DNA of 63,660 bases, filler included, from Octopus bimaculoides (taxonomy: Eukaryota), in NCBI RefSeq assembly GCF_001194135.2. It is 3 parts of 3 records of this genome, joined end to end, with 100 filler letters (N's around TTAATTAATTAA, not from the genome) between each part and the next. Parts side by side here need not be neighbours in the genome. Positions count along the whole stretch, not along the records: positions 1 to 21,899 come from NC_068985.1; 2 more parts are not named here. One strand, written 5' to 3'. Shown here one piece after another: positions 1 to 13,130 of this stretch; positions within the stretch are counted from its first letter, which is position 1; each line of letters opens with the position of its first letter. The notes under the pieces are model-generated. The model made no database searches. It was not told the DNA's origin and saw nothing but the letters and a program-made list of their open reading frames with translations. The position numbers and the translations under genes are program-made.

Positions 1-50
<50 letters not shown>

Positions 51-417
51 CATTGTATATATGTTCATACAAACGCACTCATACACTCACTCACATATAT
101 TTAGTTTATATATAAAACTGAATTAACATATCCAAAGTTTTAAGGAAGACTACCTTTGTTTCTGCTTGTTTTGGCGTTGGACTCCTATCGTTTCATTTAC
201 AATAATGCAGTGACTATTTTTTCAATAGGTTCTACATCACCAAGGGTAAATAATACCCAACGTAATTTCTTCTCTGGCGATATTTCTCATCAGCGAAATT
301 CATATCTATGTGGTTTAGGGATTTTAGCCCAAGTAATTTTTGATATGTTACGAAATTTTTGATGATGGAATGTTTATGTTAAAGACGGTGTGTTTTTATT
401 TTAAAGACATTTGTCTC

Positions 418-422
<5 letters not shown>

Positions 423-498
<76 letters not shown>
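423..498. repeat. (CT)n microsatellite
   Basis: Direct reading. Confidence 0.95.
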
Positions 499-505
<7 letters not shown>

Positions 506-1113
506 ATCCACCCTTTCCTCAGAATAAGTTACGAAAATATACAAATATTGACAGCGGAAATGTGCACTAAACAAATGTTGACTGACCACAATTTGTGCAC
601 CAAAATTTAAAATTTTACTGCGGTAAAAGATTTCTATCATGTAAATGTAGTGCCATTATGATGACAAAATCTACGCTATTTCAATGGACTGTGCAAGAAA
701 TTCGCAAGTTTCAGTAATCCACCGTAATATTCATTAGAAACAGGGATAATGGTTGGCTCTACCTGAGAAAGAAAAACGGGCTATTTGATCGATTCAAGCT
801 TTGGGTATCGTTTATCATTCCTTATCAGAAGCAGCAGCAGCAGCAGTAGTAGTAGTAGCAGCAACTACAACAACATTTAGAACAAAAACAACAATGAGTC
901 TAAACCAAAACTGGAACAAGTGCTCAAAAGTAAAAGGAACAAGATATTACTGGCTGAGAATGAAGTTCTCAAAGAGCTACCAGTTATTCGGTATCTACAA
1001 AATCATTTGACTGGCCATGCCTTAACAAAAACTTAGAGAAGAAAACATTATGCATACTAATAAAAGGTGTTTCTTGTAACCTCGGGACTAAATTTAATAT
1101 TGATACAGAGGGT

Positions 1114-1152
<39 letters not shown>

Positions 1153-1590
1153 ATGTCTCTCGGACAGGTAGCCGTTATAACATGTTAATTTCCAGATAAA
1201 TCTTTTACTCTGTAGAAACCGAAAGCGGCATATAGCTATGAAGAACCTATTGAACGAAGGAGACAGCTTAATCACTCTATAGAGGAGGAAATGTCGATTA
1301 TATTGCATATCTGTGGAATCTGGTACACATTTGTTCAACAGCAATCCGAAAATATCCTCAATATATTACTTTAATACAGTGTATGCCATAGTAACTGAAT
1401 CTGCATATAACCTCATCTGTGGGATGGGCTACCGGTGAAACATACATTTCAAACTATGGAATATTGGTGCAACAATTCACTCAATGCAAACACGAAGCCT
1501 GGTATTTATAATTGGGACACAAAACAAGATAATCTAATTATTTACATTATTTACATTTGACGGATGTTTGTCCTCATCCTGTTTGTTTTT

Positions 1591-1636
1591 AACACAATGT
1601 TTCGGCTGATATACCCTCCAGCCTTCATCAGGTATC
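1591..1636 (-). ncRNA. Minimal type-I hammerhead ribozyme motif (family D tail), core intact, helix III mismatch
   Basis: GATAC CTGATGA A GGCTG gagggtatat CAGCC GAAAC ATT GTGTT. Helix I and II pairings are visible. Confidence 0.65.
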
Positions 1637-1683
1637 TTCGGGAAATTTCGAACCTGGGTTCTCATTCCTAAGGCATTTTTCGA

Positions 1684-1715
<32 letters not shown>

Positions 1716-2011
1716 GCAAAAAAAAAAAAGCGTACCATTGTCATCAAGTGAACGATATTTCGACATCTCGTGTGTTTTCCACAGGTTCAAAAAATATTAT
1801 TATTATTCACGTCACTACCTGGAATCGAACTCGGAACCTTGGTGTTAGTAACCCGCAATCTTAACCACTACGCCATATGCCCGTGGGCAAGATTCGGAGT
1901 TCGATTCCAGGCAGTGACTTGAATAATAATAATAATAGTAACAACAACCAGAACAACAACAACATCGAATAATACCTTAGGAATGATAACCCAGGTTCGA
2001 AATTTCTCTGA

Positions 2012-2057
2012 GACACCTGATGAAAGCTGGAGAGTATATCAGCCGAAACGTTGTGTT
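2012..2057 (+). ncRNA. Minimal type-I hammerhead ribozyme motif (family D tail)
   Basis: GACAC CTGATGA A AGCTG gagagtatat CAGCC GAAAC GTT GTGTT. One helix II mismatch. Confidence 0.65.
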
Positions 2058-3870
2058 AACGACAAACAAGGTGAGGTGAAGACAAATATCCGTTAAATGT
2101 AAATGATGTACATAATTGCTCATCGCTTAAATATAGGACTGTATTAAGGTAATCTAATGTTTAGAAGTCAATTTCCAAACAGATCTGAATACTCCATTTA
2201 AAATGAATCAGAAAGTGAATGCTTATGATAAGCTGCTTCAGAACCTACAAATTACCTCCTCAAATGATAAATTTAAATCTCTATCAACAAACATTATTTT
2301 TTGTTATTACTAAGTGCATAAGTATTAGTGTCGGACAAAGAAAGATGCCGTCTAACTCGCATTGATCAAATCCAGACAATAAGGGAAACTGGGAATTTAG
2401 GCAAGACATTTCAGTAAGTAAAGATGAATCTATATATTTGTTGTTTTCTAAATACTAACAATGGTATTTATTTCTGAGTTAGGAACTAACCATATCTTTA
2501 CAGAATGAATTCAACATTTTTTTTACAAGATGAAAATCCTTCCTGCCAGCGATAAACTATGTGATAAGTAGAACTACTCGGACAGGTAAGCTTCAAGAAA
2601 TTACTAATATGGAAGTGTAACAATTTCATCGTTATGAAAAATTGTGCAAAATACTCCATAATATTCTAAAAGCTGAAATGAATGCCACATTTTAGGTGTG
2701 CTGACTCCTTGTGTTTATGTCACATAAATACAAGTATGTAAGCACATTCACACATTCATTAAATGCTTTTGATTAGTAGGGAAAATTACGGGTTGTTAAG
2801 AAATCAGAGAAGCAGTGCCTGATTACTTCCTCAGTCAATAGTGGAAAGTATACAGCTGATATGAAAAGCCATCATAAATTAGAGTATCACCGTAGTGGAT
2901 TGTTGAATTTGTGCTTTTGACTGGTCGTCATTACTTAATCACCACATACGCACACACACATATTCACACTCGGATACATACACTCGCACACACATCCTCA
3001 CACACACATCCTCACACACACATCTTCACACATACAAACAGACGTTCCTACCATTCGCTATCAATTACATTTACACACAATCACCCCACACCCCTTTAGC
3101 CTACGTCAGTCTTCTTCGTGCTTCCTACATTTCGACATATATACATACACCACACTAAGATACACACCCACCCCACTTCTTTCTTATTCTCGCTTCTAGA
3201 CACGGATACACTCCTATTCTTGCCGATATAGACACGTCTTCCTTTCTTAACGCTCCTCGTGGAACAGCGATTCCACCTAGTTTCTAACACTTGCCCTCAT
3301 TGTTGCTTTCTTTCTTTTAACTTTCTTTCTTTCTTTTTTCTTTCTTTTTTCCTTCCTTCCTTCCTTCCTTTCTTTCTTTCTTTCTTTCTTTCCTTCTGTC
3401 TTTCTGTCTTGCCTTCTTTCTTTCGTTCATTCTCTCTCTCTTTTTCTCTCTCTGTTGTCACACAGTAAATATAGTCCGGCATAAACACATTAAGTGGAGA
3501 ATTTATCTATAAATACACTTGCACATATGCATACATATCCAGATACACAGGCATACACAGATACCTCCATGAATACACTTGCACACATTATACATACCAA
3601 CACCACACACACACACACACACACCATTTCTCTTTCTCATTCACTACATTTCCCTCTTCTGATGATAGTCTGAAGTCCAATATATTGGAACATTTTCTGT
3701 TTCCATTAAGGAGATAAGCTAATTCCTTATTTGTTAAACCATATTCCTACAGTGTGTCCGGTTATATTGTTCATTCTATTTACATTATCTACATACATAT
3801 ACGTATATGCCTGTCTGCTTTTCTATCTATATTTGCGTGTGTGTATATCTGCATCTGTATATGTATGTGT

Positions 3871-4250
3871 AGGCGCAAGCTGTGTGGTTAGAAGCGTTCT
3901 GTGGGGTTAGAAACAGGCTTTCAAACCACGTGGTGCCGGTTTCAGTCCCAGTACCGAGTAAAACCTTTGTAAATGAATTTGGTAGAGGGAAACTGAAAAG
4001 AAACCTGTCGTATATATACATATATGTGTGTGTGCGCGTGCGTGCGTGCGTGCGTGCGTGTGTGTGTGTGTGTGTGTAGTGTAGTGTGTGTGTGTGTGTA
4101 CGTGAGTGTATATACGTAAATGTCTATATGTATTGTACGCGCGCGTGTTTATGCTGATCGATCAGCTGGAAAAACTAATTAAAACCCTTCAAGACGGTAC
4201 TCCAGTATGACCACGATCCAATGAGTGAAAACAGTAAAAGAAAAAAAAAT
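3871..4250 (+). mobile_element. Family A SINE, diverged
   Basis: Head ggcgcaagctgtgtggttagaagc..., central (TG)n, decayed tail. Further partial A copies at 22030-22185, 36748-37045 and 59990-60200. Confidence 0.65.
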
Positions 4251-6630
4251 ATGGACTCTATTATGTTATTTGCTTGCGTACAAATGAACACATGATTTAT
4301 TTCTTACAAACAGATTACAGCTGAAATTATAGGGAGTAAGTTGAAGTGTTCCGTATAATATNNNNNNNNNNNNNNNNNNNNNNNNNNNNNNNNNNNNNNN
4401 NNNNNNNNNNNNNNNNNNNNNNNNNNNNNNNNNATATATATATATATATATATAATTAACGTAACTGGATGTTTTTGAAAGGACATTAGCAATTACTGAA
4501 TCAAAAGTTTGCAGAAGATAATATTTTCGGTCAGCCCTTTTGATACACTACGATGGTTTCTCCAGACAGTTGAGAATAAGATTGATATATAAAAGAAATC
4601 CTCTTCACTGCCAAGACCACTAGCTACTGATGCATTTATTAATAGATCTATAGTTTCTCAGTGAAGCAGACGATAACAAAATGACTGCACATTTATTGAA
4701 GATTATGCACATTAAAATCGATTGTCACCATAACAATATGACATAATTGTTGCTAAGGTACTGAAGAAAATTTTATCTAATCCCACGGCTAAACTACTGG
4801 CAAAGCACACCAAATGCTAAACTGCTTTTGATCTCTAAATCCTATTCAGATACTGCTATTGCTGAATTATAAACATCACAAACAAATCAGAATATTCTCC
4901 TATGTGACTTAAGGTTGCTGTTTCATGCATACTTGGTTAGTTTGTTCATTGAATATTCTGTAACAAAGAATTTATGCAATCTATTGTTTGGCATAAGAGA
5001 TATAAAATATTCGAGTGGTTGGAAGTAGTTATTTCACAACAAAGAGCTATTGTCATTGTTGATTTTGTTAGTATCAAAGATCTTTTTCTGTAAAGAGGAG
5101 TCAAGCTGTCATATCGTTGGTAGTAGAATGATTATCATAGTGCAGATAATGATTCGCCTTGTTATAATATAATGCAGTTATGATGGTACTATATAAGATA
5201 TATGGATACAGAAAAGTAATGAAGTTTCAAGAGGGAAATTGTTTCGACAATACTGAGTGTGCTGTCAGATATTTTATCAAATAAATTCAGTAAAAATAAT
5301 AGATCATTTAAATTTCTTTGTATTATTAGTTGACGGTGACCTGGAAATTTTGTTCGCACACCAGACAATATGCTTAGCGGCATACCGTCTGTCTTTACCT
5401 TCTGAGTTCACATTTCCCCGCGGGCTACTTTGCTTTTCCTCATTTGAGTCGATGAAATAGTATTAGTCGAGCACTGGGATCGATATAATCGACATGTCCT
5501 TACACCCAACAAAGCTTTAGGCATGGTACGCTTAACAGAAAGGGTCAGCAGTGAATTAATAAATCTATTAGTAACAAATTACATAACCAGTTGTTGATCT
5601 AACCATTTGTTTTGTCAGAGTCCCACTGATACTATGTGCAACCTCATAAATAATAGGCCTTTCGTTGTTATACCTCTACCAGAAATAATTCTAAAAGAAA
5701 ACATATATTACCATATTACCACTACGTGTGTTTATATGGGCGAAAATGACCCTCCCAAGTAAAACAACACCCGTTTCAAATCATTATTGCAAATGAAGTA
5801 TCTCGTAAAAAAAAAAAATACAAAAACGTAATATATTATAAAATCTGTCAATTTATGACTCTAAAACCCAATAGTGGGATTCAATTCTGACAGTTTATTT
5901 TGATTTCGCTTCATATAGTATTATTAAACTATTGGGATCATATGAATTAAGAATGTCACTTGCAACGATAGCCGAAATATTTTTCATATTGTTAGTTTTA
6001 TATTAAATCAATATTAACTTCAAATGTATTTACTGACAATTCGTTTTTCATATTTTCTCTTTGTATTTAAAAATTCCCTTGCGTAAATTTGAAATAAACG
6101 AAACTCATCGACATCATGTATGACATAATGAAACGGATAACGAACATGAACTGTGTTGGTGTCATTTGTCAGGAAAGGGCTCACAATGTCATCGCACTGG
6201 ATTTATCTATTTATCTATTTTTTTATTTATACTGCTGTTTGTGAAAAATAGTGCTACTTGTTACAGGCTTCAAACTTGAAGATATTAATTCACTGTAGAT
6301 AACCAAATGAGTGACTTCGATTCCGAAAAGCATCGGCGTTTTGCCAACTGTTATAGCCTGTACCTTCAGTGATATACGCGCCCGCATTAGACTCTCATAC
6401 GTATATGTGTATGAATGCATATATAGGTATGCGTGCAAACACACACACACACACACACACACANNNNNNNNNNNNNNNNNNNNNNNNNNNNNNNNNNNNN
6501 NNNNNNNNNNNNNNNNNNNNNNNNNNNNNNNNNNNNNNNNNNNNNNNNNNNNNNNNNNNNNNNNNNNNNNNNNNNNNNNNNNNNNNNNNNNNNNNNNNNN
6601 NNNNNNNNNNNNNNNNNNNNNNNNNNNNNC

Positions 6631-7740
6631 CCACCCTACCCACACCAAGCTTTGCATCCCCTACTCCTAATTCCTCCCTCTAAGCAGGTTCGGAAGACTC
6701 AGTCTCAACTCATGACTCGCTATTTCCTCCTACATGGATATCCCTTCACTATTATCCATATTTCCTTGCCTGGCACGATCTTTTGACCGTGCCTCTTCTC
6801 TTTCTCCTCACACCCGCCCCACCCTTACCCGTCTCCAATTTCCCCTCATCTACCACCACTTTACCCTACCCATTCTCCGAGCCTTCCAGCAATTCCAGTC
6901 CGACCCCTCAACCTCGCACATCTTCCCTAATTTACCTCTTCCCTCCTTCAAACGAGCCAATAACCTGCGTGACCTACTAGTCCACAGTTTCTTCTCTACT
7001 ATCGCTTCCCAGCCTGGTTCATTTCCCTGCTCCCGCCCACGCAGTCGCACCTGCCCCTACCTCTCCAATACGATCATCCTTACATGTACCTATTACTGTC
7101 CCTATCACATCATCGACAACTTTAATTGCACCTATAGTCATGTTATTTACTGCATTTCATGCTTTTTCTGTCCTTCCCTGTATATTGGTCAAGCGGTACG
7201 CCGCTTGGCTGGCCAGTTCACGGTGCACCTGCGAGACTTCAGACTTGGCAATAACACTCCGGTCTTGCGTCACTTCCGCTCTACGCGTCATTCGCTACCA
7301 CATCTGCCTGTGTTTGGACTGTCTCTGCACAGGGCCCACCCGGACTCCCGCCTTCACGGTGAACAGAAACTAATCTTCTCTCTTCGCTCTTTTGATCCAC
7401 ATGGGCTCAACCCACCTCCTCTCTTCCTCTGATTTGAACTCCACACAGATTTCCACACATCTCTCACATTCAACTGCCCCTTCTCCACCTACACATCTGC
7501 ATAGCACCAACCTCGGTACCCTCACCACACACGCACCAATATACAAACACCGATACACACTGTTCAGCTCATCAATCATTTCACACACCATTACACCCAC
7601 ACCCACAACGCCTACCCACTCCACAAAAACTAGCACCGATCACTTCTCAGCATTCACACCACACACCATTGCCCAACACCCACACACAATCTTCAATAGC
7701 ATCACCAAAATACCACTGTACAAGGAGAAAAGTCTCTAGC
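6631..7740 (+). mobile_element. Penelope-like element 3' fragment (RT thumb end plus GIY-YIG endonuclease), decayed
   Basis: HPTHTKLCIPYS*FL (PLE HP.H.K..IPYSQF motif), then MTRYFLLHGYP, FKRANNLRDLLVHS, PCSRPRSRTCP and VIYCISC..CPSLYIGQ..RRL..QF.VH, ending at 7432. Contains a stop and a frameshift. Confidence 0.9.
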
Positions 7741-8118
7741 ATCACACAATATAAGAGTTCACAGTGATTATAATATTGTCTTCTTCGAAGAAGTACGGAC
7801 CCCAAATGCTGAATCCTGCCACAGCAAACCATATGGCCACCCGACAACAATGCAAGGGGTGTTCATGCCACTCACGAGGGTTTTTTCTCGACCCAGTATC
7901 GGAATTTTTTTTACTTACTTATTCACTCTGCCACACAGGTGAAAGTTGGCCCCGTCACTGAACAACAGAAGAGCTGCACGGGGTACATGTTGAATTTCCA
8001 AGCACAATGCTCTGCGAGTTTCAAAGTCTTTGTAGAGTTTTTGTTGAAATTTTCTATACACAAACATACACACACACATGCACGCTCAAACACACAGAGA
8101 GACAAACACGCAGAGAGA

Positions 8119-8119
<1 letters not shown>

Positions 8120-8198
<79 letters not shown>
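8120..8198. repeat. (CA)n microsatellite
   Basis: Direct reading. Similar tracts at 18355-18430, 21145-21230, 57230-57280 and 58708-58755. Confidence 0.95.
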
Positions 8199-8204
<6 letters not shown>

Positions 8205-8853
8205 CAACCATTTTTCAATATTTTCGTGTAACGGATTCCAATTAAAGAATACTAGTCTCTCTAAGGTTACTGTCGAAAACACGCAGTAGATTCACTACAA
8301 AATCCAGACTTGATATATTAATTAAAACGAAAGTGAATGTACGTATCATTTCTACTATATAGCAGACAACGTTACTTATGCACCACTTCCACAGCCCAAA
8401 ATAATATTTGTCCAGGAGTAAACTATAATGCTGAACGTGGAAATGAAGTTAATAGCAATCTAGAGTAATGCTTTACTGCCTATATATAATGCCATTTATA
8501 AGGAAGACATACTGGAAGTTTCGTCTATTCCATGTTATATTAACATTACCGGTTTTATTGATAACCGACTTCCAGCTAGGAGTAAAACGTAGCACCGTGA
8601 AATATGGATAAATTAGAAGTCAGAACTAAACGGAGAACGATACTGCGAAATTTAATATGTTCAATCTGGTGCCTCATATTCTTCATCATGCTAACCATAG
8701 TCATGGACTGTAATAAGCGTAGTCTCCGATCATACGATAATATTCAGACTACAATGAATTGGTTACACCTATATGTCTATGTATCTTGTTATCCAATTTC
8801 CTTATCCAAATCTCTCTCGACACACGCACAAACACATACGCACACGTATATGC

Positions 8854-8902
<49 letters not shown>

Positions 8903-9097
8903 NNNNNNNNNNNNNNNNNNNNNNNNNNNNNNNNNNNNNNNNNNNNNNNNNNNNNNNNNNNNNNNNNNNNNNNNNNNNNNNNNNNNNNNNNNNNNNNNNN
9001 NNATATATATATATATAGCTACTCTACACTTTGATCTTTGCCAAAAGATTGATACATACATACATACATACATACATAAATGTATACATTCGTACCA

Positions 9098-9099
<2 letters not shown>

Positions 9100-9129
<30 letters not shown>

Positions 9130-9131
9130 TC

Positions 9132-9189
<58 letters not shown>

Positions 9190-9258
9190 AATCAATCAAT
9201 CAATCAATCAATCTATCTATCTATCTATCTATATATCTATCTATATATCTATCTATCA
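9100..9258. repeat. (TCTG)/(TCTA)/(TCAA) compound tetranucleotide microsatellite
   Basis: Direct reading. (GATA)n also at 50418-50490. Confidence 0.95.
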
Positions 9259-9686
9259 GTGTACACACACGCTCACGCGCATAGTATTAGTATAATACAG
9301 AGAAAACATATATGGTATTCTATCTCTCTATATCAAACACGTTAAAACTCTTTAAAACTCAACCGATTTTAATGAAATTTTACACATGCATTACATAGGC
9401 TCTATAGAGTGTCATCGACCAAAGCAATTTTCAAGAACCAGCTCATCATCAAGAATAGCAGATACGGTATTGTCATTTCTGTTATAAATCACTGTCCGGG
9501 AGGCTAAGTGGTCAAACCTATAGCGCTAGGTTCAGCCAATCTGCTGTCTGATCGACAAACAAGGTGTATGCATATAAGATATTCCGTAGTCGGTTGTCGG
9601 TGAGACGTACTATCCTCACCTACCCGTAACTTATAACTCGCACGCATTAATGTCCCATATACACACACACAACGCTGAACCTAAGT

Positions 9687-9727
<41 letters not shown>

Positions 9728-10749
9728 TTCTCGAATACTCCCACCTCCGCACATACAGAGATATTGTCGTATTTGCATATATGTTTACCTTGGACCTTCG
9801 GTGCACATATTGGTACATACATCAACAAATACTTCTATATGAGCGTGAGAAACTGCACCCTCTTTCTAACGTTGCAGTATTCCTCCCCCTTACACGTCGT
9901 CGCACGTAAAAGGCCTTGCTGGAGGCCCAATCTTCCGAGTTTTTTTTACAAGCTTTAGAAAAAATACCGGACCGCTGCAATAAGTGGAGAAAGGAGATAT
10001 GTTGAATAAAATCATAATTAACTAATCTTCCTCTATTTTCTTTAACCAAAAGACAATGACTTTTCATCACTTCCACGTAAGCTGGTTGGTATTCACTATA
10101 CAACGGTAGATTATCCAAATATATTTTGTAGTACCGTTCACTCTCTAACTCAATAGGCCTACACAACCATTAGACGTCAGGATTACACAATGTATTCCGT
10201 GGAATAGTGCATATTCATATGGAATCTGGTTAATGTGTGTGGTTGTTGCGCATTGATTCATGATCCTTGTTTGACCGTTTCGCATCGTTGTTCAGGCGGG
10301 TGGATGCAACTCGAAATCACGAACATCGTTTTTTCGAGTACTTACTGTATTCCGGCACCCCATGAAAATGTTGCCGATGCAAGCATAGTCAGAGTACACG
10401 TACAAATATGGATGGGATGAGAAAGGGGTATAGGCATGGGTGTACAGATAGAGAATACAAACAGGGTCTACAGACATGATGATATACCCTTGATACGTGT
10501 TCAGTGTTCGAATCCGAGCGAGGTTAACTTTGTCATTTTTGTGAGGTTGATAAAATAAATACCAATGAAGAACTGAGATCGAATGAAGTTCACAAATAAA
10601 TGTGTGTGTGCACGCGCGCGTGCGTGCGTGCTTGTGTGTACACGTGAATATGTAAGTGGTGATTAGTAGAAGCTTTAAGGGAGAGAAAGAAATATTTCTT
10701 TCGTTTTTCTTCATCGTCTTTCATATAACATATTTTTATTCATTATTAT

Positions 10750-11032
10750 GCACCCTTTTAAAGCCTAGCCAGGCTCATGGGCCCCGGTTTCCCGGTTTCT
10801 ATGGCGTACGCGTTCCCCCCATCGCAGCGTTACTCAAGAAGCAGGAAGAAAGTGTGAGAGAAAGTTGGGGCGAAAGAGTACAACAGGGGTCGCCACCACT
10901 CCCTGCCGGAGCCACGTAGAGCTTTTAGGTGTTTTCACTCAATAAACACAGACAACGCCCGGTCTGGGAATCGAAACCGCGATCCTCCGACGGTCAGTCC
11001 GCTGCCCTAACCACTGGACCATTGCGCCTCCA
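10750..11032 (-). mobile_element. tRNA-derived SINE (single copy of another family)
   Basis: Head GGAGGCGCAATGGTCCAGTGGTTAGG...GGTTTCGATTCCC (A and B boxes), body, and A-rich tail. Confidence 0.75.
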
Positions 11033-12208
11033 CCATATAACATACAGTGAATTTTAAAAATAGCGTTTTTTATTGTAGTTACTATACAGCTACGGTTCCA
11101 TGGTGTAAGAACAATAAAATATGTACGCAAGGAAGTTTTAAATAGGAAAACTCTAAGATTATATTTGGTATCTACTAGTGCTAGCAAATATAGACGTTCG
11201 AGCGTAAAGGATTTTTTTAGATATACTTCAACTTTCTTCTTTATAATTATGACAACCTAACAGATTCTAGATTTGTGACTTATTTTCTTTCCTTTTATAA
11301 ATAGGAAAAGCAAGCAACATTTATTTGACATCTTCGAGTCTTTCACATAAATCCCTGGTAATCCATGGATTTATGGAGACTTTCTGTCTACCTCTACAAT
11401 TGATGTTCAACGTGAGTAGGCTTTGCGGGCCATTTGTGTTATGCTAAACAACAGGCTGCATTATATTTTAAATTTTGATGCTATATTTTGAACATTTATG
11501 TACAATTATAGAGGACGAATACTCTCAAGTACATTTATGTTACCAGTAGAAACACACAGGTCGAAAGACCTAGCAAGCCTAATGGGGTCGAGCAGAGATT
11601 CGTGGCGCTATGTTGAGAAAATCATTTCGGTTGCAGCCACTCGAAGCAGAAGTATGCAGAACTACTTTTCATCACGTGAAATTTTGTATTAGCGGCCATA
11701 ACGGCTGGCATTGATTACAGCATCGCTAATATAAAAAAAGCTAACAACTATATCAAAGACAGCGTAATTATTGTTCTCACTTCAATTGGTTTTTCCATTT
11801 AAATCATGACCCAATCCGATACTATCAAAAGACGTATCGCAATCCTCATAGATTGTCACTGCTCGAATGGTTTCATTATAAATCTACCCGACCAGGAGTA
11901 ATCTGCGGATAAAAACAATATCTATAGATATTTCGAGATAAAGAATAATCCACTTCTCCTCGTTCATTTAACCTTTCATCTAGATTAATCTTAACTCTGG
12001 GCTCCCATATGAAAAATAAAAGAATTAAAATAAAGAATCACTTCTTTCAGAAGCATCCGAGTATCACTGCAATCAGGTTAGCTTCCAAATAGCAAAATAG
12101 TTTGTTGGCTATTTTGCTATTTGGATGATAGCCAACGCTTTGGTAATATGGTACTATTCTAATATATTCAATTAACATGCAATGAGCTTATTGCATATGT
12201 GTGTATGC

Positions 12209-12239
<31 letters not shown>

Positions 12240-12253
<14 letters not shown>

Positions 12254-13130
12254 TATAAACAAATAGTAAATGAGTATATGCATATATACGTACAGGTATG
12301 TGCGTACCGACATCCACCTGCATGTATAGGTGCATATCTGGGTACAGGACATTGCAAACAAAACGTAGACGAGAAAACACACAAGCCACATAGAGAACAT
12401 TCTACTTCATCAGCTACCCCCGTTTTAACACCGGCGTTTCGAAGAGCTGGGCAGGACGCATCGTTAAAACGGCTCTTCCCATGGACCGCAAATTAAATTT
12501 GTATACACAAATTAAATCTTGCCATGGAGGAATATATCTCCCTCTCTCTCATTTCTTGGCCCTCTCTTTCTTTAACTCCCACTATTTCCCACTCGTTTAT
12601 CTCCCCTGTACCTTTCTCTTTGTCTCTGATTTTTTTCTAATCCCTCAATCTCTCTGTCCCCTACTCATCTCTCCTCCTTCCGCGTGACTGGTGCCCGGCC
12701 AGCCATGATCGGCCGACCGCCAACACCGCTTGCGTCCATCTCGCATGTCCCTGCCTTTAGGCTTTCCCTTCATACACGCCACCTCAATTTGATTGATTCT
12801 CAGTCGAAAAACGCCTCTTGTTATTGCTTGTTGTTTGTATTCGTAATTGTGTACCACGTTTTTCCGTTTTTGTTTTTTTTAATGTTTTTGTCTTTGTTGC
12901 CGTACATATGCGCTAGCTTTCCGATAAAGGGGTGTAATGCTCTTAGCTTAGACTTGTTGGGTGGAAAACCAGATCGAGCCATCTCAAATGTAACTGCCCG
13001 AAATTGTCGTGACATCTGGGACTTGACCGATGAAAGAAAGCCAAGAATGACCCGTCTGTTTTTTGCCTGTCCTTCTAATTGTTGTTTCTCTTGTCCGCCT
13101 TTGTATCGTCTATCTGTCCGAACGTTTTAA
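12240..13130. repeat. Dispersed repeat (second copy 50140-50335) plus adjacent probable Penelope-type terminal relic
   Basis: 12240-12430 is nearly identical to 50140-50335. The downstream part has PLE-end-like features but no ORF. Confidence 0.45.

Larger units (their letters stand above)
1539..2149. mobile_element. Family D element, head-to-head inverted dimer (minus copy 1539-1882, plus copy 1885-2143)
   Basis: tRNA-like head (TGGCGTAGTGGTTAAG, GAGTTCGATTCC), (AAT)n, and a tail with a CTGATGA...GAAAC motif. TSD TAATCTAAT at 1530-1538 and 2150-2158. Confidence 0.8.

Noticed and set aside
1865-1882. tRNA-like sequences in SINE heads (here and at 10960-11032, 23170-23250, 35456-35525, 55111-55190)
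   Set aside because: They have A/B boxes but no intact acceptor stem and continue into SINE bodies, so they are not tRNA genes.
9822-10166. 114-aa ORF with YKIYLDN, faintly like piggyBac YMDN
   Set aside because: No other transposase motif, TIR or splice support.
12400-12500. Possible hammerhead on the minus strand (GAAGAGC...GCTCTTC-GAAAC, with CTGATGA nearby)
   Set aside because: CTGATGA is not positioned 5' of the stem, and helix I cannot be formed convincingly.
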